A stretch of DNA of 64,000 bases from a virus (IMGVR_UViG_3300011008_002721:3495-67494), one strand, 5' to 3'; positions 37,951-47,256 are shown, counted from the stretch's first letter. The notes: a model not told the origin generated them from the letters alone. Numbers and translations: made by a program.

Positions 37951-38285
37951 AGGTGATTGAAAACCATATCATCCCGTTCAAGGGATTCCTCGCCATCAAC
38001 CTTTTCGGCGTGGCATTCGTCCGGAAGGAGGAGTGGCAGTCCACCTCTCCGTGGTATCGGCGCAGGTGCATCATCCACGAGAGCATCCACACCGCGCAGA
38101 TGAGGGAACTGCTCTACGTCTTCTTCTACATTATCTACTTCTTTGAATGGCTCTGGCGGCTCGTTCAGTGTCCGTCTTCCGCCTACCGGAACATCAGTTT
38201 CGAGCAGGAGGCGTACAGGTACGAGAGCGATGAGGATTACCTCCAGAACCGGAAGCACTTTGCACAATGGCGAAAAAACGAATAG
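37947..38285 (+). CDS. Small HExxH protein
   Basis: 112 aa; IIHESIHTAQ and SFEQEAY. Confidence 0.65.
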   Translation: MKVIENHIIPFKGFLAINLFGVAFVRKEEWQSTSPWYRRRCIIHESIHTAQMRELLYVFFYIIYFFEWLWRLVQCPSSAYRNISFEQEAYRYESDEDYLQNRKHFAQWRKNE

Positions 38286-38287
38286 AC

Positions 38288-38815
38288 ATGAAGAAAATGT
38301 ACCTTCGCAGCGGTGCTGCGCTTGAAATCTTCCTCGTAGTGGGCTTGTTCCTCTTTGTTGGCTGCTCGCCGAAGATTACCCAGTATAAGAACACGGAGTA
38401 TCGGGATTCGGTGGTGACGGTGGTGCATGAGCGCATCGTCCACGATACGGTGTCCGTTGAGATTCCGGTGGAGGTGGAGAAGGTCGTGACACGCGACACG
38501 GCTTCACGGCTTGAGAACTCCTTCGCCAAGAGCGAGGCTGTGGTCTCCGGAGGATTCCTGCATCATTCGCTTGAGAGCAAGCCGCAGGTTATCTACGTTC
38601 CCGTCACCGTTCCGGTATCCGACACCACTACGCACCATAGCAGCAGCGCAGTGGAGCAAAAGACCGAGACGAAGTATGTCGAGGTTGAAAAGAAACTCTC
38701 CTGGATCCAAAAGACAGAAATTTATGGATTCTGGTGTATGATGCTTTTTGCCCTGCTTTATTTCGCATGGAAGTACAGGAAGAAAGTGCTGGCCTTGGTG
38801 AGACGATTTATTTGA
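38288..38815 (+). CDS. Probable unimolecular spanin
   Basis: N-terminal lipoprotein signal (FLFVG-C), beta-rich middle, C-terminal TM helix followed by a basic tail. Confidence 0.62.
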   Translation: MKKMYLRSGAALEIFLVVGLFLFVGCSPKITQYKNTEYRDSVVTVVHERIVHDTVSVEIPVEVEKVVTRDTASRLENSFAKSEAVVSGGFLHHSLESKPQVIYVPVTVPVSDTTTHHSSSAVEQKTETKYVEVEKKLSWIQKTEIYGFWCMMLFALLYFAWKYRKKVLALVRRFI

Positions 38816-38867
38816 GATTGTAACTGATAAAAGGCAGGGACCATTAACACACAATAAATTTGTAGCC

Positions 38868-39347
38868 ATGCAAGAGGTTACTTTCACAGTAAGAAAAGCA
38901 AACGTCTATGAGGAGGTTGCCAAGACTTCATCCTACGCCGGCGCAAAGTGGGTGGGGGATGATTCCGCTTATGAGCGTATCTTCACGACGGACGCAGACC
39001 GTATGATGCTTGAGCGGTTCTGGACGGAGGCTTGCAATGCCGTCGCGGACCTGTTTAAGCCTTTCATCGTTGAAATGTCCGACATCTCGGAAAGCCACTG
39101 TGCCGACATTTCCAAGGACTTCCAAGTAAAGCTGGAACTGTCCGGCTCCTATGATACTTCCCTCAACAACACCATTGAGAGTTCCCTTTTCAGTTTCTTC
39201 ACCAATCTGCTTCTGGCGAAGTGGTATGAGTTCACGGCCAAGGGCGAGACCGAGAAGCCGACAAATGCTGCAGCGGCAATGCTTGAAGATGTGAGGGGGA
39301 AGATATACTTCCGAAAGAAACCGCGTAGGGTTGCGCCTACGGAATAA
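38868..39347 (+). CDS. Structural / connector-like hypothetical protein
   Basis: 159 aa; helical, similar in size and ending to the two downstream ORFs. Confidence 0.55.
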   Translation: MQEVTFTVRKANVYEEVAKTSSYAGAKWVGDDSAYERIFTTDADRMMLERFWTEACNAVADLFKPFIVEMSDISESHCADISKDFQVKLELSGSYDTSLNNTIESSLFSFFTNLLLAKWYEFTAKGETEKPTNAAAAMLEDVRGKIYFRKKPRRVAPTE

Positions 39348-39835
39348 TGACATACACTATGGCAAAGGAAAAGAAAACTATCTGCATTGACTTCGACGGT
39401 GTTCTGCATGATTACTCGGAAGGGTATCAGGGCAAGGACAAATTCGGCGAAATGATTCCCGGCGCAGACCTCGGCACGCAGGTGTTGAAGGAGAAAGGCT
39501 GGACCATCATCATCTACACGACGCGTCCGGTCACTGCCGCGCTCAAGAAATGGCTTGAGAAAAACAACATCAAGTATGACTACATCAACGAGAATCCCGA
39601 CCAGCCGGAGGATTCCAAGGCCGGATGCAAACTCGCTGCGGACATCTATCTGGATGACCGGGGCATGACATTCCGGGGACAGTGGTCCGAATGGCTCCTG
39701 CGCGAAATCGCAGAGTTCCAGCCTTGCTCCGCGAAGAAGACCGACCAGAAGAAGGAGATGGAGAAGGCGTATGACGATGGCAAGAACTGGCTCAGGAAGA
39801 CCCGTGCGGTTCTTGCGTGTGATTCTTCCTGCTAA
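39347..39835 (+). CDS. HAD-superfamily phosphatase-like protein
   Basis: CIDFDGVL (motif I), IYTTR (motif II), ADIYLDDRG (motif IV). Confidence 0.78.
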   Translation: MTYTMAKEKKTICIDFDGVLHDYSEGYQGKDKFGEMIPGADLGTQVLKEKGWTIIIYTTRPVTAALKKWLEKNNIKYDYINENPDQPEDSKAGCKLAADIYLDDRGMTFRGQWSEWLLREIAEFQPCSAKKTDQKKEMEKAYDDGKNWLRKTRAVLACDSSC

Positions 39836-39854
39836 TTCTAAAAGTTATCGAGAT

Positions 39855-40352
39855 ATGGCAAAAATTCCTTTAGCAATCACCCTGTACATGTCGGAGATTA
39901 TCTACCGTGTACAGAACAACACCTACCTCACCGGGCGTGCCCGACAGAATGGCAACAACCACGAGGAGGTCGCTCACATGCAGAACAATGACGATGAGGA
40001 AAACGAGAACAAAGTGCTTGTTTCCATCGGCAATGCTTTCGCCACCCTCAAGACCAAGCTGTCGGAGTGGCTGGATGAGAACGGCACCAGTGCGAACAAT
40101 GTCCAGATTAACAAGAGTACCAATCTGACCCTCTCGCTGCAGATGCCGTCCAACTACAACAAGGCCACGAAGGACACCATTTCCACCGCCGCCAGTGAGT
40201 ACATTACGAATTTGGCAATCGGTGAGTGGTTCCAGATTACCAACAAGACCGATGCAAAGGACTACTTCGATGCCGCCGCCGCCAACCTCATGGCTATCCG
40301 CGAGGCTGCAAACAAGCGCGTCCGTCCTACCCGCACCAACATAACCGGATAA
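39855..40352 (+). CDS. Structural / connector-like hypothetical protein
   Basis: 165 aa from ATG 39855. Confidence 0.55.
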   Translation: MAKIPLAITLYMSEIIYRVQNNTYLTGRARQNGNNHEEVAHMQNNDDEENENKVLVSIGNAFATLKTKLSEWLDENGTSANNVQINKSTNLTLSLQMPSNYNKATKDTISTAASEYITNLAIGEWFQITNKTDAKDYFDAAAANLMAIREAANKRVRPTRTNITG

Positions 40353-40357
40353 TCCTC

Positions 40358-40915
40358 ATGGTATATATTCCTCAATACGGACTTCTCTACAATCCGGAAA
40401 TGAATGTCCCAAGGACAAAGACCGTTACGCTTAATTTCAAGCGCACGGAAATCCTTGATGACCTCAAGCAATATTCCTATGTCGAGGGGGACATACTCAA
40501 GACGCAGGATGAACACGAGCGGCATCAGATCCAGGACATCGGAGAGGATGGCAACGTTGACCGCGTTACCCGGGTGATGAATCTCTGCATGGCTGACTGC
40601 CGGGAGATTCTTTACCCGTATACCAAAGCGGACATGGAGGACGCAGAGACGCGGACGGACACTCTGGTGGCCGTGGAGGAATACAACATCGTGATGCTTG
40701 TGCCTGACGATTTCTCAAAGACTACCGAGACCCTGCTGGAATTGCTCATTCATGAATTTGTCGTAGCCAGCATCATGGCCGACTGGATGAGCATCACCAA
40801 CAAACCGAAGGAGGAGACATGGCAGAAGAAAGCAGATGATGCCAGAAGGAGGATTAAGGGCTGCATGAATAACCGTGCCGGTAAGGTGCGGCGTCGGCAG
40901 CATCCGTTTCCGTAA
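40358..40915 (+). CDS. Structural / connector-like hypothetical protein
   Basis: 185 aa from ATG 40358, followed by a terminator. Confidence 0.55.
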   Translation: MVYIPQYGLLYNPEMNVPRTKTVTLNFKRTEILDDLKQYSYVEGDILKTQDEHERHQIQDIGEDGNVDRVTRVMNLCMADCREILYPYTKADMEDAETRTDTLVAVEEYNIVMLVPDDFSKTTETLLELLIHEFVVASIMADWMSITNKPKEETWQKKADDARRRIKGCMNNRAGKVRRRQHPFP

Positions 40916-40959
40916 CAGATACCTGCGAAGGTGATTTGATAGTCATGTGTTTATGGGGA

Positions 40960-41031
40960 GGGAGCCGCCGTGATGGTCGCTCCCTTTTCCGTATAAAAAA
41001 AAGCAGGAGCACATCGCTGCGGTCCTGCTTT
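40960..41031. terminator. Back-to-back terminators for convergent operons
   Basis: GGGAGC/GCTCCC stem plus TTTT on +; AAAGCAGGA/TCCTGCTTT stem plus T-run on -. Confidence 0.75.
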
Positions 41032-41055
41032 ACCAACTAATTATGAAGTCAAATC

Positions 41056-43968
41056 TTACCTTGGTTGATTGGTAAGTTTGGGAGTGTACTGGATGCTGCT
41101 TCCCCAGATGCTCTCGTCATGCGTCAGAGAGCAAATGAGGGCTATCCGGAAGTACTTATATGGCGTGCCGCGGAAGTGCCGCAGGTAGTGGTCCACGCTC
41201 GTGTAGATGGGGAACCAGGAATGAAGGTCCCTGGATCCATAAAGCACCGTCTTCACGTGACCACGTGTGAAGTGGCCCCGGGTGATGATAGTGTCGATGG
41301 TTTTATGCACATCCTTAAGGGAAGGGTCCAGCTTGATAGGACGGGTGATGAGGAATTGCGGAGACTTTACTACGTATGTGCCTGATTCATTCTTCTCTTG
41401 AGAGTAGTCCACCAGTTTGTAGCCGTCGGTCATAGCAAGCGCCTCGGGGTATGATATGACACGTGACACGATGTTGGACTGCATCATTCCCCACTGTTTG
41501 CTTTCCAAAGAGTAACTGTAGGCGTAGGCGTAGGCGGGATTGAAGACAATTATCTGCTGGCGGTTGTAAGAGTAGAGCATCTGACAACCAGAGAGGAATC
41601 CGGCAGTAAATGGCCTTTCCGGGAACACCTGCGTTCCGGTTGTACCGAGGAGTTGCTGCACCTTGTCTGCCAGAGGGAAGTTGGGGAAGATGAACGGCTC
41701 CTCGTTATTATCTACTGTGTCGGTGATGCACTGCGTCTGGGAGCCGGCAATAAGCATGATACCTCGGTCCGTTGCAAAAAGCACGGCACTGTCAATCTGG
41801 GTGATGGAATCCGGATTGATGCAGACATCACGGGTAATTGGTTGACGTGCGGAGAATGCTCCGGTGGCAGCAGACACTTCCAGTGCCCAGACACCATCCG
41901 TAGTGAAGGCGTACAACGGGAACTGACCGAACTGGCCTTGGGAAAGAGCCTTGGCAGCAGTAGATATACCCAGAATCTTCCCTGTGCCAATTGTGTTGAT
42001 GTTGGTGACTGGGAAAAAGAAAGGATTGTTGACTTCTGACGTATATAATTTGTTCGTTACATCAACTTCATTGTCGTATGATTGGTCAATATATCCACTG
42101 GAATTATTTCCTCTGTCGGTGTCAAAATCAAGGAGTGCAAAAGCCCCATTCAGAAACTCATGCTGCTGCAAATCCACATCATACGCCTTGTTTAGAATTT
42201 CTGAAACAATGCGCATCTTGTAAGCATTATTGTTCGGATAGAACAGAAAAGCCCCCTTATCCGGATTCCCTAAAGCATCTGTATCAGAATGCCATCTTCC
42301 CAAACTTTGGGCCCCACTGTAGGCGTTAACCCAGTATGTCTTACCATTCTCTTTGATTGCCACATAGATGTCGATATAATCATACGTAAAAACTGCGGGC
42401 CAAATACTCCTAACAGCACTGGTTCCAACCGTGAAATTGTAATTCCCGCTCGTATAGCAAAACATGCTCGCAGCAGAGAACCCAGAAAAAAGCGTTCTGT
42501 AAACACCGCTCAAATTCAAGCGGTTATTATACATAAAGGACCTCTCTGCACGAATTTTGTCATGGGAGAGGTAATCGTCCGTCATGGCCTCTCTTGTTAC
42601 CAGAGACTGCAAATAATCATCTGGAACCACAATATCTTTTCTGGTCCCACGATAATACGTCGATGTTAATTCGCTTATATCAATTGAGCACAACTTATAA
42701 AAGGTTCCACAAGAACGTAGCGATTCTCCTATCTTATCTTCCCCATATTCCGGCATGTGGAAAGTCTCTGCAGGTACTTGATTCGCTGCTTCTTTGAAGT
42801 ACATGGAATATATCTGGTCGAACTTCCATTCAGAGTATAAAGCAAGAACCCCTGGAATATCAGAATTAATCGTGGTCGAGCCTTGTGTATAAGGGTAGAA
42901 TTGACCAAGCAATGCATCTTCTGTGACTGACGAGGCACAGACATATCTATTCAGAGAAGAATTCCATGTTACTGGCCCACTGTTGTAAAGTTTCCCAACG
43001 AACTTTGACATCATATCATCGGTATCGCGGAGATTCTTAATCTTGCCGTTTTGGTCGTATGTATAGATGGGCTTTGAGATGAAAACATCCACACTCTTAA
43101 CGATGTCCGTCCAATTACCGATACCGCCACCCGATACCAACCCATAGTCAAGAGAAGCCGCCATCAAGAATAAATCACAGTTTGCATCTGTATATGACCC
43201 CCTTCCGGTCACACGGCTCCATAATGCAAGAACCCCATTTTTTGTTGATGGGAGCATCAAGATAGGTGCGCTATGATTCGTAAGTGTTCCATCATAAAGC
43301 CTAAGAGCATAACGAACAAAGAACGGGAAGCAGAAACGGCCTTTGTTTACGGTCTGCTCTGCAACGAATTTATTTACCTTCGCCATTATTTGCTCCGTTA
43401 TCTTGTTCTGGTTAGTTTCGCTGAAATCAGAGCGAAGACTACCCTCGGAAATAGAATCAAACGAGATGGAGAATGTCGAGTGTGAATCGTCCGACACGCT
43501 GAACAAACGCGGATGTCCCACCAATCCAAAGGATATTTCCACATCTGGAATGTGATTCCCGAGGGTTTTATATGTTCCCCCGGAGTAATCGCCCGGCTTC
43601 CAAAGATAATACGTCATTTGTATTCCGTCCAGAACCACAAGTGTATTACCAACGGCAGTTACCTGCACAAGGTCATACACATAAGCAAGTCTTGTCCTTT
43701 CAGCAGCGGTTGATGCAGATGATACAGGAAGCCATGATAGTGCTTGCGTGGAACTGTTATAGATGATGTAATTATCACCTTGTTTGGTCTCGTGAATGAA
43801 TATCACCTTCTCGTTTTCCAAGAAAGTGTTCACTGTTACTGGTTCCGTCACCGGATGCAGCGCACCTTTCTCTGGCATAAGGTTGAGGACTGCGGCGAGG
43901 TCCCCATCCTGGCATTCATAGTCGGACGGCTGCGCGGTATAGCCATTGTATTTCAGTTCGGCATTCAT
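41056..43968 (-). CDS. Probable podoviral tail stabilisation / nozzle-type protein (970 aa)
   Basis: Beta-rich; C-terminal LYAFTTDGVWAL and VLFATDRGIML propeller-like repeats; ATG 43968 (MNAELKY). Confidence 0.55.
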   Translation of the reverse strand: MNAELKYNGYTAQPSDYECQDGDLAAVLNLMPEKGALHPVTEPVTVNTFLENEKVIFIHETKQGDNYIIYNSSTQALSWLPVSSASTAAERTRLAYVYDLVQVTAVGNTLVVLDGIQMTYYLWKPGDYSGGTYKTLGNHIPDVEISFGLVGHPRLFSVSDDSHSTFSISFDSISEGSLRSDFSETNQNKITEQIMAKVNKFVAEQTVNKGRFCFPFFVRYALRLYDGTLTNHSAPILMLPSTKNGVLALWSRVTGRGSYTDANCDLFLMAASLDYGLVSGGGIGNWTDIVKSVDVFISKPIYTYDQNGKIKNLRDTDDMMSKFVGKLYNSGPVTWNSSLNRYVCASSVTEDALLGQFYPYTQGSTTINSDIPGVLALYSEWKFDQIYSMYFKEAANQVPAETFHMPEYGEDKIGESLRSCGTFYKLCSIDISELTSTYYRGTRKDIVVPDDYLQSLVTREAMTDDYLSHDKIRAERSFMYNNRLNLSGVYRTLFSGFSAASMFCYTSGNYNFTVGTSAVRSIWPAVFTYDYIDIYVAIKENGKTYWVNAYSGAQSLGRWHSDTDALGNPDKGAFLFYPNNNAYKMRIVSEILNKAYDVDLQQHEFLNGAFALLDFDTDRGNNSSGYIDQSYDNEVDVTNKLYTSEVNNPFFFPVTNINTIGTGKILGISTAAKALSQGQFGQFPLYAFTTDGVWALEVSAATGAFSARQPITRDVCINPDSITQIDSAVLFATDRGIMLIAGSQTQCITDTVDNNEEPFIFPNFPLADKVQQLLGTTGTQVFPERPFTAGFLSGCQMLYSYNRQQIIVFNPAYAYAYSYSLESKQWGMMQSNIVSRVISYPEALAMTDGYKLVDYSQEKNESGTYVVKSPQFLITRPIKLDPSLKDVHKTIDTIITRGHFTRGHVKTVLYGSRDLHSWFPIYTSVDHYLRHFRGTPYKYFRIALICSLTHDESIWGSSIQYTPKLTNQPR

Positions 43969-43978
43969 GGGTATAAAC

Positions 43979-44018
43979 AAAAAAAACTCCTGCGGCGAAT
44001 ATAAATCTACCGCAGGAG
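43979..44018 (-). terminator. Intrinsic terminator ending the early operon
   Basis: 9-bp stem CTCCTGCGG/CCGCAGGAG followed by T8 on the minus strand. Confidence 0.72.
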
Positions 44019-44034
44019 TCTATCGTTTTATCTG

Positions 44035-44163
44035 TTACTTTCCAGATCCAGGAAGGAAGTCAGGAAATCCGGTAGCAAGGTATTCCGGGTTTTCATACCA
44101 CAGGACGGAAACTGGCGTAAACAGTTTGGGACGTTTGTCAACTTCTCCCATTAGTTTTATCAT
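44035..44163 (-). CDS. Possible 38-42 aa peptide (MIKLMGEVDKRPKLF...)
   Basis: Fills the gap before the terminator; two ATGs (44163, 44151). Confidence 0.3.
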   Translation of the reverse strand: MIKLMGEVDKRPKLFTPVSVLWYENPEYLATGFPDFLPGSGK

Positions 44164-44221
44164 CCAATAATGATAAAATGTGTTTTTCAGCCCGGTCGGC
44201 GGGAAACACAAGATGAAGTCC

Positions 44222-44446
44222 CTAAAAGGGCAAGTCGGAATCTTCGCCGGGTGCCGGCTCCTCCGTGTCTTCAATCTTGAACAGCTCGCACTTGACCGTC
44301 TTGGTGGTCTCAAGGATGTACGCCTCTTTGTCGTAGGTCTGGGCGAGACGCTTCGCCTCCTTCAGCGCACTTTCGTATGACCCGTGCTTGTACTTCGGAG
44401 GTTTCTGGCCTTCCAGATACACCATCCAAAATTTCTTTTCTGCCAT
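44222..44446 (-). CDS. Hypothetical protein
   Basis: 74 aa; KHGSYESALKEAKRLA. Confidence 0.7.
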   Translation of the reverse strand: MAEKKFWMVYLEGQKPPKYKHGSYESALKEAKRLAQTYDKEAYILETTKTVKCELFKIEDTEEPAPGEDSDLPF

Positions 44447-44514
44447 AGTTCAGAATCTTGTATTTGAGTTGTAGTAATGATGAATCCGCAAGCATGTTGC
44501 GGGTAAAGAAGTTG

Positions 44515-44940
44515 TCAGGCTTCATCTTTCGGGATTTTCACGGAGTGCTCCTCGAAATAGATGCCATCTTTGGTTTCCTCCATCTCCTCAAGGCTGACGA
44601 TTAGAACTGGTCCATTTTCGCCATCAAGACATCTGATATAGTGCGCAGGCATCACTTTATACTTTTCTCCGTTGCTCTCAACTTCTTTCGGATACAAGTC
44701 TTTAGGCGTACAGTTGAGAAAGACTAACTTTTCCGTCTTTACTTCGACTTTCTTTTTAGTCGATTTCTCAACGGTGTAGAAGATGCAGGAAAGGCAGAAG
44801 ACGCACCACAAGACTTCAAGTGTGAGGAATAGCCAGTCCGGCAGGACTTTCTTGAGCAGTGCTGCGGCAGTAAAGAAGACGGCCAGCACGACTATTGTGA
44901 TGACCGCCAAAATGATTGCATGAAAGATTCTCTGTTTCAT
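44515..44940 (-). CDS. Hypothetical membrane protein
   Basis: 141 aa with two N-terminal TM segments. Confidence 0.65.
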   Translation of the reverse strand: MKQRIFHAIILAVITIVVLAVFFTAAALLKKVLPDWLFLTLEVLWCVFCLSCIFYTVEKSTKKKVEVKTEKLVFLNCTPKDLYPKEVESNGEKYKVMPAHYIRCLDGENGPVLIVSLEEMEETKDGIYFEEHSVKIPKDEA

Positions 44941-45335
44941 TTCACTTCCTCCTCTGCGAGTTCAATGCGAGCTGTAAGTATGGTCAGGTATGCCGCCATG
45001 CATTCGTCCTGCTTCTGCATGAGTTCCTTGTTGCGGGTGGAGAAGGCATCGAACCAAGGCGTCGTGGTGAAGGCCCGTAGTTTGCTGAGCCGGGCGGACA
45101 CTTCGTCGCGCTCGATGCGCAGACGATCCAGGAAGTCATCGGCAATCTTGTATGCATTCTCAAAGACTGACTTCGGAGAAAAGGACTTGAAGCCGTCCTC
45201 GTACTCAACGAGGTATCCTTTGCCCTTATCCTCCGGATGTTTTGTCATGTCAATCTTGCGGCCCAATACTTTCTCGGCATCCGCGACGGTCATAGGCTCT
45301 GCCTTGACGGTCTTTGTTCCAATGTAGGTTTTCAT
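44937..45335 (-). CDS. Phage protein with a crAss001_48-like C-terminal helical domain
   Basis: MKTYIGTK..GYLVEY.DG..S.SPK.VFE.AY followed by DRLRIERDE...QDECMAAYLTIL. Confidence 0.55.
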   Translation of the reverse strand: MKTYIGTKTVKAEPMTVADAEKVLGRKIDMTKHPEDKGKGYLVEYEDGFKSFSPKSVFENAYKIADDFLDRLRIERDEVSARLSKLRAFTTTPWFDAFSTRNKELMQKQDECMAAYLTILTARIELAEEEVK

Positions 45336-45550
45336 TTTGTTGTTTTTCTAAGATTTTTAATAACATTCCAATGCACTTGTGACAAAAGATTCGGACAATG
45401 CTTCTCTTTAGCATCATACGCGAACAAGGAATCAAGCACCGTGGCTTTTTTCAATCCCTTATTTGTTCTATAACATCGCCAGCACATTTCGTGTGAAAAC
45501 GGGCAATCACTATCTCTGGTGAATCCCGGGCAAGCGTGCATATCCATCAT
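45332..45550 (-). CDS. Small Cys-rich protein
   Basis: 72 aa, ATGA-coupled to the upstream gene. Confidence 0.55.
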   Translation of the reverse strand: MMDMHACPGFTRDSDCPFSHEMCWRCYRTNKGLKKATVLDSLFAYDAKEKHCPNLLSQVHWNVIKNLRKTTK

Positions 45551-45990
45551 AGCTCCTCCACGATGGTGCGCTTGCAAGATACTTCCCAGCCATGGTCACG
45601 GAGCACGGCTACCAACATTTCATCCGGATAATCCGCAATCAGTTCGAGGCTTGGCTCCGGCGCTTTCTTCCCCGGTGTGGCGGGATAGCGGGCTACTTCC
45701 TCAACGTGGACGGTTCTCTTTTCCGTCCGGGCTTTGCTCCGGGCCTTGGAGTTACACTCTTTGCAGACGGAAAGATGTCCGTCCTTGGCTTTCTTGCTGG
45801 TCGGGAATGATTCCAGCGGGAATTCGCGTCCGCAGCGCTTGCATACTTTTGTTTCCATTGTCTTGAATATCGGTTTAATCGGTTCTAATTCTTTGAAGGA
45901 TGTTTGAGCGAAGCAGCCGCAGGCGTTTTCAGTTTCCTCACGGTCCACTCCGGATTTCGGGCAATAGCCGGAGGCGGGGTTTCGCCACAA
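45547..45990 (-). CDS. Zinc-finger protein (CxxC...CxxC); probably starts at ATG 46040 via a G9 slip
   Basis: VCKRCGREF...CKECNS; an upstream Cys-rich frame joins only through the G9 tract. Confidence 0.65.
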   Translation of the reverse strand: MWRNPASGYCPKSGVDREETENACGCFAQTSFKELEPIKPIFKTMETKVCKRCGREFPLESFPTSKKAKDGHLSVCKECNSKARSKARTEKRTVHVEEVARYPATPGKKAPEPSLELIADYPDEMLVAVLRDHGWEVSCKRTIVEEL

Positions 45991-46010
45991 GCACTGGGAG
46001 CAGGTATTTA

Positions 46011-46019
46011 CCCCCCCCC
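46011..46019 (-). other. G9 homopolymer, candidate slippage site
   Basis: ATG AAC ACC CAC AAA TCT GAC GGG GGG GGG TAA; the -1 frame continues into the Zn-finger gene. Confidence 0.5.
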
Positions 46020-46051
46020 GTCAGATTTGTGGGTGTTCATCGTTCTGCTAT

Positions 46052-47245
46052 TTAGTTGCTTGCTTTGAAATTATATACAGGTTTGATAATATCCACCACC
46101 TCAACAGTCGGCTCTATGCAACGGAGTATTTCTTCCATTGGTTTGTAAGCCATAGGAGCCTCATCAATGGTGGACGCATTGACTGAGGTGGTATATATTC
46201 CTTCCATAGAATGTTGGTATTCATCCATAGAAAGATGCTCTTTTGCGGCTGCACGGGACATGATGCGTCCTGCGCCATGTGGCGCAGAACAGTTCCAGTC
46301 TTCATTCCCTTTACCCACACACATTAACGAGCCGTCTCGCATATTCATCGGTATAATCAACCGCTCACCGGCAAGAGCGCGAACAGCTCCTTTCCGGAGA
46401 ATCATTGATTCGGTGTCTATGTAGTTGTGGATAGTCTCAAATTGCTCAAGCGGTCGGAAGTCGTTGTCAAACATAATAATGTGACTAATTTCCTCGCGAT
46501 TCCGAGAGGCATATTTCTGAACAATCTCCATGTCGTGGATATAGTCATCAAAGTCTTGCCCTTCAAGGTATGCGAGTTCCCTATTGAATGCAGGAATGGA
46601 GACCTTCTTTAATTCCGACTGAATATCCTTCTCTCGTCCTTCTGCTTTCAGTTTCCTCACTATTTCATTCTTGACAGAATTCCTGTTCTGCATATTTCTT
46701 ACAGCGATTCCTTGATAGTGCTTGCAGACTTGTACGCCAAGATTCCTGGATCCGGAATGGATAACAAGATAGTACCAGCCCCCATCTTTTTCAGAGTGGG
46801 CCAATTCGATAAAATGATTCCCGCCGCCGAGAGTACCGATTGAACGAGAAGCACGCTCAATATCAACAAAATCTTTACACCTCAAATCATTTACTATCTC
46901 CCAACCCTTTCGGGCCTCATCGTGGATATTAAAACCAGAAGGGACATTTTCACGGATGTCTTTGTCCAAGCGTTTCAAATCTGGCATTATCTGACCTATA
47001 CAAGTCACAAGCATCCCACAACCGATGTCAACGCCAACGAGAGTAGGAGTTACCTTCCCATGTAAAGTCATCGTGGTCCCGATAGTACATCCGGCACCGG
47101 CATGTGCATCCGGCATAATTCTTATCATTGAATCGAGATAGGGTGCAAAGTTTGCCAGGGTTTTCACCTGGTCGAATGCTTCCTGTTCAAAGGTTTCCGC
47201 ATAGATTTTTACGGAATCAGCATTGTTGCGTTTTATTTCAAGCAT
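46052..47245 (-). CDS. rtcB: RtcB family RNA ligase
   Basis: MPDAHAGAGCTIG, GTLGGGNHFIE, HSGSR, HNYID and SAPHGAGR motifs all intact. Confidence 0.93.
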   Translation of the reverse strand: MLEIKRNNADSVKIYAETFEQEAFDQVKTLANFAPYLDSMIRIMPDAHAGAGCTIGTTMTLHGKVTPTLVGVDIGCGMLVTCIGQIMPDLKRLDKDIRENVPSGFNIHDEARKGWEIVNDLRCKDFVDIERASRSIGTLGGGNHFIELAHSEKDGGWYYLVIHSGSRNLGVQVCKHYQGIAVRNMQNRNSVKNEIVRKLKAEGREKDIQSELKKVSIPAFNRELAYLEGQDFDDYIHDMEIVQKYASRNREEISHIIMFDNDFRPLEQFETIHNYIDTESMILRKGAVRALAGERLIIPMNMRDGSLMCVGKGNEDWNCSAPHGAGRIMSRAAAKEHLSMDEYQHSMEGIYTTSVNASTIDEAPMAYKPMEEILRCIEPTVEVVDIIKPVYNFKASN

Positions 47246-47256
47246 CTTGTTAAGTG

